Positions 50,630 to 63,747 are shown, numbered from the stretch's first letter. The stretch is 64,000 bases of DNA from Chiloscyllium plagiosum (GCF_004010195.1 NC_057752.1:6690811-6754810); one strand, 5' to 3'. A program made the numbers and translations. The notes: generated from the letters alone by a model not told the origin.

Positions 50630-53245
50630 AAGACCATAAGATATATAGGAGCAGAATTAGGCTATTTAGCCCATCAAGTCTATTCCCCCATTGAATCACA
50701 GCTCATGAGCTTCTCGCCCCCATTCTCCTGCCTTCTCCCCATTATCCTTGAGCTTTTTACTAATCAAGAATTTTTTACTATCTTGGTCTTAAAGCACTCA
50801 ATGACTTGGCCTCCATCGCCCTCTGCAGTAATAAGTTCCACAGATTAACCACCCTCTGGCTGAAGAAATTCCTCCTTATCTCCATGCTAAAGGGTCATCT
50901 CTTCAGTCTGAGGCTATGCCCTCAGGTTCTAGTCTCTTCTACTCATGGAAACATTTTTTCCATGTCCACTCCATCCAAGCGCCTCAGTATTCTGTAAGTT
51001 TCAATCAAAACTGTGTACACGCACACCCCCAATCCTTATAAACTGCATTGAATACAGACCCAGAGTCCTCAACCGCTCCTCGTGATAAGCCCTTCATCCC
51101 CAGGATCATTCTCGTAAATGTCCTCTGGACCCCCAGCACTGCCAGCACATCCTTCCTTTGATATGTAACCCAAAATTTCCCTCTATATTCCAAATGCAAT
51201 CTGACCAGAGCCTTATGCAGCCTCAGCAGTACATCCCTACTCTAGCCTCTTGAAATAAATGCTGACATTGCATTTGCCTTCCTAATTGTCAGTTGAACCT
51301 ACGTGTTAACTTTAAGGGAATCCTGAAGTAGGACTCTCAAGTCCCTTTGTGCTTCAGATTTCCAAAGCCCTTCTCCATTTAGAAAATAATCTATGCCTCT
51401 ATTCTTCCTATGTGAATAGTTGTGATTCCAGCATGGAACTCTGTGGAACTCCACTAGTCACCGGCTACCATCCCAAAAAAGACCCCTTTATCCCTATTCT
51501 CTGCCTTCTGCCAGTCAGCCAATGCTCTATCTATGCCAGTACCTTGCCCCTAACAGCATGGCCTCTTACCTTATTTAAAGCCCTCTGTGCGGTATCTCGT
51601 CAGAGGACTTCTGGAAATCTAGCTCTCCTTTGTCTAACCTGCTCAAAGAATTCTAACAGATTTTTCAGGCATAATCTTCTCTTGATGAAGCTGTGCTGAT
51701 TCGGCCCTATTTTACCATGCACTTCCATGTGCTCTGCAATCTCATCCTCAACGATGGACTCTAAAATCTTACTAATGAATGAGGTCAGGCTAACCAGCCT
51801 GTAATTCATGAAAGATCACCACCAATGCCTCTATAATCTCCTCAGCTGTCACCTTCAGAACCCAGCTGTAGTCCTTCTGGTCCGTGTGATTAATCTACCT
51901 TTGGACCTTCCAGCTTCCCCAGCACCTTCTCCTTAGTGATGACCGCTACATTCACCTCTGCCCCCAACCATGTTGACAGTCTGGTATGCTGTTGGTGGGT
52001 CTTCCACTATGAAAATTGATGCAAAGTACCTATTCAGTTCCTCTGCCATTTCTTTGTTCCCTATTACTACTTCTCCAACCCGTTTTCTCTTGGTACAATG
52101 TCTACTTTTGCCTCTCTCTTACCTTTTTAGATATCTTTCAAAACTCATGCAATCATCTTTTATATTACTGTCTAGGTTACTCTCAGAAGGGGTAAATGTA
52201 GGTGAATGGGTCTGGGTGGGTTACGCTTCGGCGGGTCGGTGTGGACTTGTTGGGCCGAAGGGCCTGTTTCCACACTGTAGGGAATCTAATCTAATCATAT
52301 CATCTTTCCCCCCTTTCCTTTTTTTAGTTGTCCTCTGCTGGTTTTTAAAGACTTCCCAATCCTCTGGCTTCACACTAATCTTCACCACATTGTATGCTTT
52401 TTCTTTGGCTTTTATGCTGTCCCCAATGTCCCTTGTCAGCCATGGTTGCCTCATCCTCCCCTTAATGTTTCTTCTTCCTTGGGATGAATTTCTGCTCTGC
52501 CTCCTGAATTAACCCCAGAAATTCCTGCCGTTATTGTTCCATTCTCTTCCCTGCTAGGCTCCCCTTCCAATCAACTCTGGCCAGTTCCTCCCTCATATCT
52601 TCATAGTTACTTGTACTCCATTATATCATCTGATTCCAACTTCTCCCTCTCAAACTGCAGAGTGAATTCCATCATATTATGGTCATGGCCCCATAGGGGT
52701 TGCTTCACTTTAAGCCCCCGATCAAGTCTACCTCATTACGCATCACTAAATCCAGAATTGCCTGTTCCCTAGTGGGCTCTCCCATAAGCAGATCCAAAAA
52801 AAACCTATCTCGTACTCATTCCACGAATTCCTTTCCTTGAGATCCACTATCAACTATATGTTTCCAGTCCACCTGCATACTGAAGTCTCCCTTAATTATT
52901 GTAATATTACCTTTTTTACATGCCTTTTCCATCTCCTGACATAATTTCTTCCCAACATCCTGACGACTGCTAGGGCGCCTGTCAGTCTTTCTTTGTGATT
53001 CCTCAACTCTACCCAAACAGATTCTATGCCTTCTGATTTGATATCACTTCTGGCTGTTGATTTAATTTCATTCCTTACTAACAAGACAACCCCACCCTCT
53101 CTGCTCATCTGCGCAATACGACGTGTAGCTTTGGATATTTAGTTTCCAGCCCTGATCCCCTTGTAGCCATGTCTCTGTGATACCCACAGCATTGTATCTG
53201 TCTATTTCAATCAGTGCTATAAGCTCATTTACCTTGTTTCGTAGC
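50630..53245 (-). mobile_element. CR1 LINE ORF2, decayed (3' SINE fragment at 52188-52296)
   Basis: VGITETWLQGDQGW.LNIQ.Y, GGVVLLV..EI, IIKGDF, NYRLVSLTS, VQRTFTRMILGMKGLS. Confidence 0.9.
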
Positions 53246-53369
53246 AGCAGTATAAAAGGCAAAACAAAAAACTTGCAATCATGTAATCTTGTCTTGTTTC
53301 TTGGAAATGTCTGAAATTGCTTCCCTTCTAACAAATGCCTTTAACATACAGAGCTTATATAGGCAACTG

Positions 53370-53706
53370 ACACAGGGAATTGTGCAAAGTAAGAGTTGAT
53401 GAGCTGCAATGAAACGGATGCCCAATAATCTGTTTTATGTTTTAGTGTTAACTGGGATACCTGCCAAATATCCTATTTTCAAGGATTAACATGGAACCCT
53501 TTGTGTCCACCTGAATAGCTAGAGCCAGCAGCACGTAGGGGGCTTCAGTTCAACATTTTAACCACAGGCTATCACCTCTGACAATGCGGCATCTTCTGAG
53601 TACTGCACTGAAATGTCAGCCTAGTTCATGTGCTCAAGTTTTTCCCTGGAACTAAATTCATACCCTTTGAATCAGATATAAAAGATCTTACTGAACCAAG
53701 CTGACA
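53370..53706 (-). mobile_element. DeuSINE (SacSINE1/AmnSINE1-like), old
   Basis: The reverse complement has TGTCAGCTTGGTTCAGT...CTTGAGCACATGAACTAGGCTGACATTTCAGTGCAGTACTCAG..GATGCCGCATTGTCAGAGGTG...CAGGTGGAC (Deu domain). Confidence 0.75.
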
Positions 53707-53862
53707 TAAGTTAGGGATCTCAATTTTTGGGGAAAGGAGTAAACCTAACACTTAGGAACTGCTAACATGGTGGAAGGCTTATTACTCCTTCTAACACTCT
53801 GTTGAATTGAAGCATACTAAGCCAAAGAATCTCTTCCACATATTGTGACCTTATACAAACCT

Positions 53863-53985
53863 AGCGAGTTTTGAAAACATTTGTAGCTCAGGTTGAAGTG
53901 ATGGATGTAAGTTTGCTCACTGAGCTGGAAGGTTCGTTTTCAGATGTTTTGTCACCATACTATAACCTCTTCAGTGAGCCTCCAA
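53863..53985 (-). mobile_element. Terminal fragment of a second PLE family (also 63357-63620)
   Basis: Shared GAGTTTTGA.AA.ATTTGTAGCTCAGGTTGA...GTTTGCTCACTGAGCTGG..GGTT; degenerate hammerhead-like motif on the minus strand. Confidence 0.65.
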
Positions 53986-56900
53986 TCTTTTTAGTTGGGA
54001 CAAAATATCTTCTGAAGACTTCACACACAGGTGTTGGGATCTGTTTTCGAGGGAATGCATTCAAATCTTATCTCCTAACTTGGAAAAGTGTGATATCTGA
54101 GTGTTTGGTCAGATTCCTCCCTGTGGATTCATCTGGGATTCAGTAATTGAATTCAGTCATAAAATTTGTAAATGTGCAATATCTATCCGAAAAGAAGGGT
54201 GAAGTGTGGGAATTTTGATCACTTGAAAGATTTTATGGGCAACCAAATGACATAGTTATACCTTACCATCATCAATTTTGTCTTAATGTGAAATAATGTG
54301 TACTGTACAATGAGACATAAAGCTGCCACAATTTGATGCAACTGATACAATCTGAACTGATCATGGGATTGTTCCTTTTCAAATTTACCTAAAAAGCCAC
54401 TGTCATCGGTAACTTGATTTCACTGTATTTGCTCTGTGTGTGTCAAGTTTGCTTTATTTCTCGCAACATTTTATTGGTTGATTGGAAGTGCTCCCATAAT
54501 TTAGCTAACTTGGGCAACTGATTTTCTTTTCATGTTAAATTTTGTTGCAACAGCTTTAGTTGCTTTTGCTTAGTTCTAAATTAACTCAACAAATATGAAG
54601 TATAATTTAATACCTCTCTTGTATGCTCCTGTATTTTTTTCTTTTTATTTCTCCTCTTTAGCCATCTTGTTTGAGGAAAAGCTGCAAGGCTGTAAAATAG
54701 TAGTGGTGTGGCTTGAGGAAAGAAATGAGAAACTTGGGCTTTTCAGCCTTGATAGGTAATTCAGGGGAGACAGAAAGGTGACCTTTATAGATATGAGTTA
54801 ATAAATAATGTGAAAATATTAAAGTGTCAACTAAGTTAAAATGACAAGGGAACACCGGTTCAAGCTATTACAGAGTGAGTTTAGGACTGAGATTAGGAAG
54901 TTCTTCATTGTGATCACAATGTAGGTGGAATCTCCGATACAGATATGGAGAAAAAAGTCACAGCATCATTTAAGATCCAATTGGATGCTAAATCAGAGAC
55001 ATTCAGCCATTCTGGATAGTTGAGCTGAAAGTTGTTCTTTACCAGTAATTACCTTAATTTAAAACTAACTTTCGAGTTTTTCCGTGCTTACCTCAGGAGC
55101 TGTGGTAGTATTTTGCCAGGTCAGAATTTTGACCATGTGTTCAGTACATCAACTTTCTGTACTAATTTATTGAATGCTGCCTTGATCTGTATGTTAAAAC
55201 AGTGAAACAAATGCACTGCACTGTGTAAACTTTCCAATAAGTCGGTATTGTATAAAACTAAGATTAGTTTCTTCAATCAGATAGTTCAAGTATAAGGTGC
55301 ATTTTGAAATACTGAACTTTTATGATTGCGTAAGAAACACAGAAACCCAAATTGATTTTTTCATGTTGAGTTTCTGTAATATTTTCCAAACTAGCAAGGT
55401 CTAACAAAAAACTTGCTCAACTTAGCGTAAATGGGCCTGTGTTTTCAGATATGGTATACAGAAGGGACGATGTTTGAAGTTCAAAAATGTATTGTACAGT
55501 GTGTTCTGTGCTCCTCCTTCAGAACCTCCCAATAGCAAAAGGGAAATAGGCAGCTGAGTTGCCGTAGGATCAACTTGGAGTACTTTCTGTCTTGAAAAAC
55601 ATTACTAAAGCTAACTTGCCACTTAGTTGCCTTTTAGCCCTCAAAACAGTGTGTGCCCAGTGGAAAGAACAAGATTTAACATTGGCATGGTCTTGCCCAG
55701 TGACTGCAGTACTGGGTCTATACACAGCTTGATGTAGCACAAAACCACACAAAACAGAAGGTTCCAGATTAGACACTCAGTCTATGCCACGTGGTGAAAT
55801 TGACAGTAGGTTTGCAAGCCTTTGTGCTGCTGGGCTGAGTGGGATAAAACCACCCATGACCCCTGCTCCAGGCACTCCTAGATGGTGCCTGAGCTCAGCT
55901 GTGGGATTCATTTTGTTTCATCCCCTTAATATCTTCCTTAATTGTCCCTTTGAATCTTTTTTTTGTCAAATAAAATCCAATTAACTTTGCATTTACCATC
56001 CAAGCTCTCACGTGAATAGCCACTTGAACAAGGCATAGCCCATGACTCTAAAACCATAACCCAGGAAATGCTGGCGCCTTCTCAAGACGAGCAAATTGAA
56101 AAGAAGCAAAAAGAGAGAAATAGATGGAGACAAGAAATATGACCTGCATTTTAAATGGCAATTTTTTTTTTGCTTGTTATCTTTGAGAGTTCCAGTTGGT
56201 TCTCAGTCGGCATTTACTGCAGTACCAGAGTGGTGTGCTACCATGGCAAATGCACACGTTGCCATGACAGTTTTTGAATTGGACATTTTAATGCGCAAAG
56301 TATAAAGTCTTTTTTCATTCAGACTGATTTTGCATTCATAGAACTGAAAGGCCAAGGATTGTGGGAATTGTACTGCAGGATTGGTTTGTTGATTTTCAGT
56401 TGGTATCCTGCTTGACTTGGACTCTGGTACAATGACAATTGCATGGCTACATTTCATCCACAATAATATAATTTTAATTTTAGAGTTGAATCTTCTGCAG
56501 TGTCATCTTTTCATTTAAACTGAATGAATATGTGAATTTAATCCCTGAATTTTAAATTGAAAAGCTCTCCTAGATAGCTGGAAAGATGTGTAAATTCTGA
56601 CAGCTTGCATTTTTGTTTCTCTGTTAGAAATTTAGTATTGTCATGCATGTAATTTTATTAACGGACTCACTGCTTGTAGTATTTGGCAGTGAACCTTCAA
56701 GTTTGAAGGAAAGATAAATTTCTCGTAGTAGGTAATATTTTAACTTGAAAACAGCTTCTATCTTAACTTTAAACCTTTTTTGTTAACTCATTGAATTTAA
56801 AGAAGCCTTTTTTTATATTATCAAATTTTGTTGGGGATGAGAATAAGGCTATTAATTGTATTGCTTGGTTACTCTTGAGATCTTAATCTCAGGAGTTTCT

Positions 56901-58421
56901 GGACTGCCATCCGAATGTTCTAAAGCCTTCAACAAGTGTCTCCAATGGCAGGTAGTGGGACTGAAAAGGGAATGGCGTTTTTCTGCAAGCCCATGTTTTT
57001 CCATGACTAGGTAGGAGTAGCCATGATAGCTACTGTAGAGAAGACAGTACTCCAAACTGGCCAGTTTCCTGGTTGAAAGAAAAATGTTGATGGTAAATGG
57101 CAACTCTAGGAAACAGAGTTCTTCTCAACAATTTGACCATTAATGGTTCATTTCCAAACCTTTGGGTTATTGCTAATGGTTCATGTCTCAAATTTCTCTT
57201 GGAGGTGAAGTGCTACTGTTCCTTCCAGGAACTAGCTTTCAGCAGAATCCAGATTGCAGGAGTGGAAGTCTCCAGTGTCCTCTTGTGTGACAGGATGTTT
57301 GAGCGGTTTTAACTATTTCTTAGGAGGGAGAAGTCCAGAGTATAAAAATATTCCAAACTTTTTTTTAAACAGCGATGGTTTTGTGGATAATTCACCCTGC
57401 TGCTTATTTGGGGTAGTATACAGGGAGTGTAAAGTTGCAAGTTTCTGTACTATAAATGTCATGAGTGCTGCAGCACGTTACAGGGCACCAGAGGTGGGGG
57501 GTGGGAGGGGGAGGGGGAGGTGGAATAAAAGGTCTAGTTTCCCAGCAGTGATGTACTTTTACCAGAACAAAAATAAAAATAGTACTGCACTAAAAATGTA
57601 GAAATTAAATCAAATGCTTAGATTGCTAAAAAGTAGCACACATCTTGTGTACATTTCCTCTTCTTTTTATTTACAGAGGAAAGAGTTCACTGGTAAGCTA
57701 TTTGGAAGAAGATGACATGGGAAAATAAGAGGGTTTTTTTTCAAAGTGGCTTTATTTAACTGTTGTGCATGTTTTTCTGTGTGTTTAGTTATCCTGAGTC
57801 TTCTCTTAATCACAGCGATTGCTCCCTTGTTTCTGTTATCGTAGCTGTGCTGCAGTTTGTCTGCTACTCCAGGTCGTTGTTATCCTATAATTTACCCTTG
57901 ACTGCTCTTCAAGAGCCCAATTCTGTCCATTACCAAATGTACTCTTTGAGTGGATCTTCTGTATATTTTATTCTAATTATTGCTTCATTCCAGGGAATGG
58001 TTTTCTACAACTGGTGTTATATCTAATGCTGTTATCAAATAACTTGAATGAGCAAAATGACTTGAGTGGTGTGTGTGTGTTTTGATGTATTTGTAATTTT
58101 ATTTATACATCTATGTACATTGTGTGCTCATAAGCTGAAGGACAACAGTGCTGTAGAATTGGATAGCTCCCCCCAGCCCCCAAAAAAAAACTGTATGCAA
58201 GTGACCTCCCAAATGAGGTTTGACATGGGTCATCTAAAATATTGAGTCACCTCTTGCTTCAACCTTACGAATGTTTCGCTAAGGATGCTCCGTGAGGGTT
58301 CATAAAATTTAGTTGCTGCACACCAGTTTGCCCCCTGGCCTGTCTTGAACAACGCCCCATACCTGGTGTCTAGCCCTGTCGTCTTATGGCTCCATCTGAC
58401 ATTTCTGATGTTCATTTGCAG

Positions 58422-58682
58422 CCAACTCCATCAAGGTTGAGATGTACAGCGATCAAGAGGCAGGGAGGCTTCTGACACAGGAGGATGGCGCTAGTGATAA
58501 AGATGAAGCAGTCATTGTGGATGTGTCTTTTTCGGACCCGCTAGGATTCTTTGAGGGCACGGGGCAGGGACCTCATTCTCCTGGAGGGATTCGCCTTCCT
58601 AATGGAAAACTGAAGTGTGATCTATGCGGAATGGTCTGCATCGGACCGAATGTTCTTATGGTACATAAGAGGAGCCATACTG
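58422..58682 (+). CDS. IKZF4: IKZF4 (Eos) coding exon with zinc finger 1 (261 nt)
   Basis: ttcatttgcag|CC AAC...ACT G|gtaagt. Translates (A)[17 protein letters not shown]...[38 protein letters not shown](G); [10 protein letters not shown] and PHSPGG are Eos-like. Confidence 0.97.
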
Positions 58683-59649
58683 GTAAGTATGCTTACACAA
58701 GTAAGGCAATGGAGTGGCATGTAGTGGGGCTTAAAGTCTCTGTCTGTGGTGGTAGTTGTTGAAATTCGTTTGTGATTGATTTGCCATGACGTTTGGCCAG
58801 TTATTTGTATTCCTTGGATCCTGTGGTTATAGGAGCAGACTAATGGAACTGTAGTGTCCACACCACTTTGAGGAATGTAGAACTCAGCTTGGATATATTT
58901 TAGGAGTCCTTCAGAAACTGTTCTTGGAGCTTATTCTGAAACTGTTCTTGGAACTTTTTGTTTGTTCTTTTACACTTCCATTTTCTCGTTTTCTCTCTCA
59001 ACCTAGCATAGCAACAACATATCTGCAAAGCCAAAAATGTAGCCAGTTTCAGCATATTATTATATAAAATCACACTAAGCTGGCACTGTATTTGCTAAAA
59101 CCCAGTGAACGTTTTGGGTGGAAAATGAAAGTATTGCACTGATGTATCAGGCTGATTCTTCTTTGCGGATTTAAAAGTGCGTTAAAGCAGTGAGCTTTGT
59201 CCTTCTTCAAACCTGCACTATATCAGACCAGTGTGTGCCAGGCGCACAATCCTTTTCCCAGTATTGATGTCTCTCAGCATGAGCACAACATTTACTCGTA
59301 AAAGTTGCATTTGTTTGTATGTTTAAGGCTAGAATGCTGTGTTTGCAGAATGTATGTTTACTGAAATTTGATTTTGATTCGTAATTTTTAATCTGTGTTG
59401 TGGCAAGAAAGCCGAAAGGGTCTTTCACTGCTTGGTTTCCAATTTACTTTTTAGCTGCTTCTTTTGGTCTTCTCATTTGCTTATTTTTCCTCTGGTTGTA
59501 TCTAACTGCAACATTAACTGGTTTTTGTAATCATATGTTTATAGATCTGAGTATCTGTTCTGATGATTAAATAGTAATTGATGCTTTTTAATCTGCCTTC
59601 TGTTGTCTTTAGTACATTCTGTAAACTGCTTGAGCTGAGCTATAACAGT

Positions 59650-61980
59650 TAACAAAGTGAGTGTTCGTCCTATAGAAAGTGAGTCTGGGGCATTAATAAG
59701 GAGATGACTGATGAATTAAAGAGGTATTTTGTATCAGCCTTCAGTATTGATGATACAAGTAATGTCCCAGACTTAGCTGTAAATTAAGACATGGGAGAGA
59801 CGAGCCTGAAAAAAATTAGAATCACCAAGGAAGTGATGCTGAGTAAATTGTTGAGGCTGTGTGCTGACAATCCCCTGGATCCTGACAGGTTTCATCCTAA
59901 GGTCACAAAAGAAGTGCTTAGTGACATTGTTGATGCATTGGTTTTAATTTTCCAAAAGTCCCTAGATTTGAGGAACGTTCCACTAGTTGGAAAATAGTGA
60001 CTGTAACTCTCTTTCTCTCTCCCTGATTTTGTTTTGAGCAAACGAGCTATAGGCCAGTTAGTTTAATATCGGTCATTGGGGAAAATGTTGGAAGCTATTA
60101 TTAAAGATATTGTAGCATCAAGGTAATCGGGGAGAGTCAATGTGATTTTGTGAAAGGGAAATAATGTTTAACCAGTTTATTGGAGTTCTTGAAATAACAT
60201 GCTGTGGGCAAAGGGGAAGACGTAATATACTTAGATTTTCAGAAGGCATTTGATAAAGTTCAACAACAAAGATTATTGTGGAAAATAAAAGCTCATGGTA
60301 TGTGGGGGAGTAACACATTGACCTGGATAGAAGATCAGCTAGCTAACTGGAAACAGAACATGTAAATGAATTTCTTTTTATTTAACAAATGGCGTGTCAC
60401 AGGGATCAGTGCTGGGGCAATCTATAGAAATGACTTGGATGAAGGGGTGAGAAGCATGGTTGTGAAATTTGCTGATGACACAATGATAGGTAGGCAGGTA
60501 AGTTGTGAAGAGGTCATGAAGCTGCAAAGGGATATAGATTGGTTAAGTGAGTAAGCAAAGATCTGGCAAGTTAAGTGTAATGTAAGAAATGTGAAATTAT
60601 CCATTTTGGCACGAAGAATAGAAAAGCATGTCTAAATGGTGGGATTTTGGAGAGGGAATCTGGATGTTCTTGTGTATGAATATCAAAAGGTTAATATATA
60701 GGTATCGCAAGTGATTACAGAAGCTAGTCACAGAATTATTATGGTGTAGAACAAGGCCATTTGGCCTATCATGTCTGTACCATCTCTCCAAATGAGCATC
60801 GTAACATTATGCGGTTCTCTTGCCCTTTCCCAAAAACCTTGCATATTAGTTCTCTTTGTACACCCCTCTCATGCCATATTGAATCCTTCGATTAAACCTG
60901 TCACCGTCACACTACCAGACAGGACATGCCAGACCAGAACCACAAGCTATGAAAGCGTTTTTGCTTACCTTGCATTTGACATCTTTACAAATCACTTTCA
61001 ATCTGTTGCCCTCTCTCCAAGGAAAACAGACCCAACTTCTCCAATTTATCTTGATAACTGAAGTATCTTATCCCCGGAACCATTCTCAAATCACTTCTGC
61101 CCTCTCTCCAATGCATTCATGCCCTTCTTAAACAGTGACTCCCGGAACTGTACGCTATACTTGAGCTGAGGTCTAACTCATGTCTTCACACAAATTCTGC
61201 ATAACCCCTATGCCCTTGTACTCTGCCCCTGTTAATAGTCATGGAATGTCATGGAACTGAATGCAAAAGTAGGAAGCTATGTTTTGATTCCACAGATCGT
61301 TGGTGAGACCACATCTGGAGTACTGTATACAGTATTAGTCTCCTTATTTAAGGGTAAATTTAGTTATAAATGTGTTGGAAGATTTACTAAACTAGTATCT
61401 GAAGTGGGGGTGGGGAGGTATAAGTTGCCTTCGGAACGGTTGGACAGGCTAGGCTTGTATCCATTGGAAGGAAAAGTGAGGACTGCAGATGCTGGAGAGT
61501 CAGTGTTGAAATATATGGCGCTGGAAAAGCACAGCAGGTCAGGCAGTATCTGAGGAGCAGGAGAGTCGACATTTTGGGGCATAATCTCTTCCTGATGAAG
61601 AGCTTATACCCCGAAATGTCGACTCTCCTGCTCCTCGGATGCTATCTGACCTGCTGTGCTTTTCCAGCACATACATTTTGACTCTTGTATCCATTGGAGT
61701 TTAGAAAACCGAGGAATGATTTCATTCAAAGATACAAGGTCCGAGGGGTCTTGGCAGGTTGCACACGAAAAGGATGTTTCCTTTTGTAGGAGAATCTAGA
61801 ATTAGGGGTCATTGTTTCAAAATAAAGAGTTGCTAATTTTAGAATGATTTGAGAATTTCTTTCTCTGAATCATGAGTCTTTGGCACTGTCTTCCTCAAAA
61901 GGTAGGAACATGGAGTAAACAGATCAGCCATGATCTCACTGAATCGTGGAACAGACTTGAGGGACTGAGTAGTCTACTCT
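59650..61980. mobile_element. Cluster of decayed CR1 fragments (+ 59650-60730, - 60730-61250, + 61250-61980)
   Basis: DPDRFHP.V.KEV..DIVDALVLIFQKSLD, DFQKAFDKV, VKFADDT, RLDRLGLYPLEFR. Confidence 0.85.
61469..61683. mobile_element. Palindromic PLE-derived mini-element
   Basis: Inverted arms around ~61585; 15-bp TSD CTTGTATCCATTGGA (61454-61468, 61684-61698); CTGATGA core at 61592. Confidence 0.85.
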
Positions 61981-62184
61981 TTATCATTCATATATTTTTC
62001 CAGTTTAAGCAGGACAGTCTGAGCAGTGTCATTAAACTGAATATACAGTTAATCATCTTGGTAATAGACAAGACTTATACTTTCAAAGTGATTTAAAAAT
62101 GATGATTTATATGATAGTCGATTTTGTTGATAAATTAGCTAAAGGTTGGAACTGGTTGTGTCTCGCACATTGTTTGGTCTAGTG

Positions 62185-62600
62185 ACGACCTGGCTCAGTG
62201 ACTTATGCAGAATTCTTGCCTCAAAAGTTCTGGATTTAACTTCGCTCCAAGACTTAAACGTGAAATCTTGGCTCCGGCACTTGAGAAACTGGCTGCATTG
62301 TCAGAGATGCCATTTGGATGAGACTAAACCAAGACTCCATCTGCATCTTCCATTGGTGCAGGAGGATGCTGAATCCATTATTCAAAGAAAAGTAGGGAAT
62401 TTACCAAGTATTCTGGCAAATTCTTGCTGTTCAACACCACTAAAACTATGAAATGGTCATCCATCTCCTCCGTTATGGCACAGTGCTGTTTATCAAATGG
62501 TAATGTTCATTGTATTTCAAAGCAAGTCATTGTACGTGAAACACTTTGGTATGCCAAGAAAAGCATGATAAAGCATTATATGAATACCAATTATTATTTC
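62185..62600 (+). mobile_element. DeuSINE (SacSINE1-like), old
   Basis: TGGCTCAGTG head, GCTGCATTGTCAGAGATGCCATTTGGATGAGACTAAACCAAG (Deu domain) and AAAGCATTATATGAATA-type tail. Confidence 0.65.
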
Positions 62601-62817
62601 TGTTTACAATCGTCACTTGTTTCAAAAAGTCAGTTTCATTGCAAATGTCATGTGCATCACCTAGAATTTCAGAAATTGGAAAATCTTGTGTTTTCCAGCA
62701 CACTCATCTTTGATTTTACTGAATACAAAGAATGCTATGTTGAAAGGCTAATATGTTTTTTAGTTGCTTGTTTTTTTTCTTGCTCTTTGACCTTTCTGTA
62801 TAATCTTTCCTCTTCAG

Positions 62818-62985
62818 GTGAACGCCCTTTTCATTGTAACCAGTGTGGCGCCTCATTCACACAGAAAGGAAATCTCCTGCGGCACATCAAATTACACTCT
62901 GGGGAGAAGCCTTTTAAATGTCCATTCTGCAATTATGCCTGTCGAAGAAGGGATGCACTCAGCGGACATCTCCGAACGCATGCAG
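62818..62985 (+). CDS. IKZF4: IKZF4 (Eos) coding exon with zinc fingers 2 and 3 (168 nt)
   Basis: ctttcctcttcag|GT GAA...GCA G|gttcgt. Translates (G)[55 protein letters not shown]. Confidence 0.97.
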
Positions 62986-63356
62986 GTTCGTGGGTGGAAT
63001 TTTGTCAAAAACATGGAGAGAAAAGTGAACTTTTGACACACAAAAAAATTTTAACCTTCCCTTGCACAACAGCTGTTTTAAAGATCTGGGAAGAAATTGA
63101 GTAACTAGAACAATGGAATTGGATTTAAGGGAGGAATAATTTGCGCAAAATCAGCTTTGTCTCAATTTTCATTCTGTGAGCAAAGCAAAGGTTTTGAATC
63201 AATTTAACCAGAACATGTATCCGATTTATTTACAATTAACAGCATTTCTTTAATTTTTAATATGCAACTTATTATTCTCCTAAAGGTTTCATGTTCTTAT
63301 TACGCTTCTGTGGATATGCTTATTGTTTCCTGCTTATCCAAAGAGATGAGAAAGAT

Positions 63357-63620
63357 AGCGAGTTTTGAGAAGATTTGTAGCTCAGGTTGAGGTTCTGGAT
63401 GTAGGTTTGCTCACTGAGCTGGGAGGTTTGTGTTCGGATGTTTCGTCACCATGCTAGGCAATATCATCAGTGAGTCTCCGCATGAAACACTTGTGGTGTG
63501 GCCTGCTTTTTATTTGTTTGTTTTGGTTTCCTTGGGTTGGTGATGTCATTTCCTGTTCTTTTTCTCAGGGGGTGGTAAATGGGATCCAAGTCAATGTGTT
63601 TGTTGATAGAGTTCCAGTTG
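63357..63620 (-). mobile_element. PLE 3' fragment (second family) with hammerhead-like motif
   Basis: Minus strand 63470-63437 reads CTGATGA-T-ATTGCC TAGCAT GGTGAC-GAAA-CATC, preceded by ..NSINKHIDLDPIY (GIY-YIG C-terminal-like). Confidence 0.7.
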
Positions 63621-63747
63621 AGTCCGACTTTTCAGAATGCAGCTGTGCTGGCTAGAACCTCACGAGATAAAATCAGCTAGGTTACAAATGATACATGCTT
63701 TTATTTAAAATTGTGTTGGACAAAAATGTGGTTAGCTTTAAATGTAA

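Noticed and set aside
58905..58955. Short direct repeat GAAACTGTTCTTGGA x2 (similar ones at ~1486-1524, ~8834-8860 and ~39198-39240)
   Set aside because: Ordinary micro-duplications with no further structure.
58422..62985. Assignment to IKZF2 (Helios) or IKZF1
   Set aside because: The zinc fingers are near-identical among paralogues, but [39 protein letters not shown] and PHSPGG match IKZF4/Eos.
62424..63104. 226-aa ORF as a single-exon zinc-finger gene
   Set aside because: Only 62818-62985 is exon; the remainder is intron/DeuSINE read-through.
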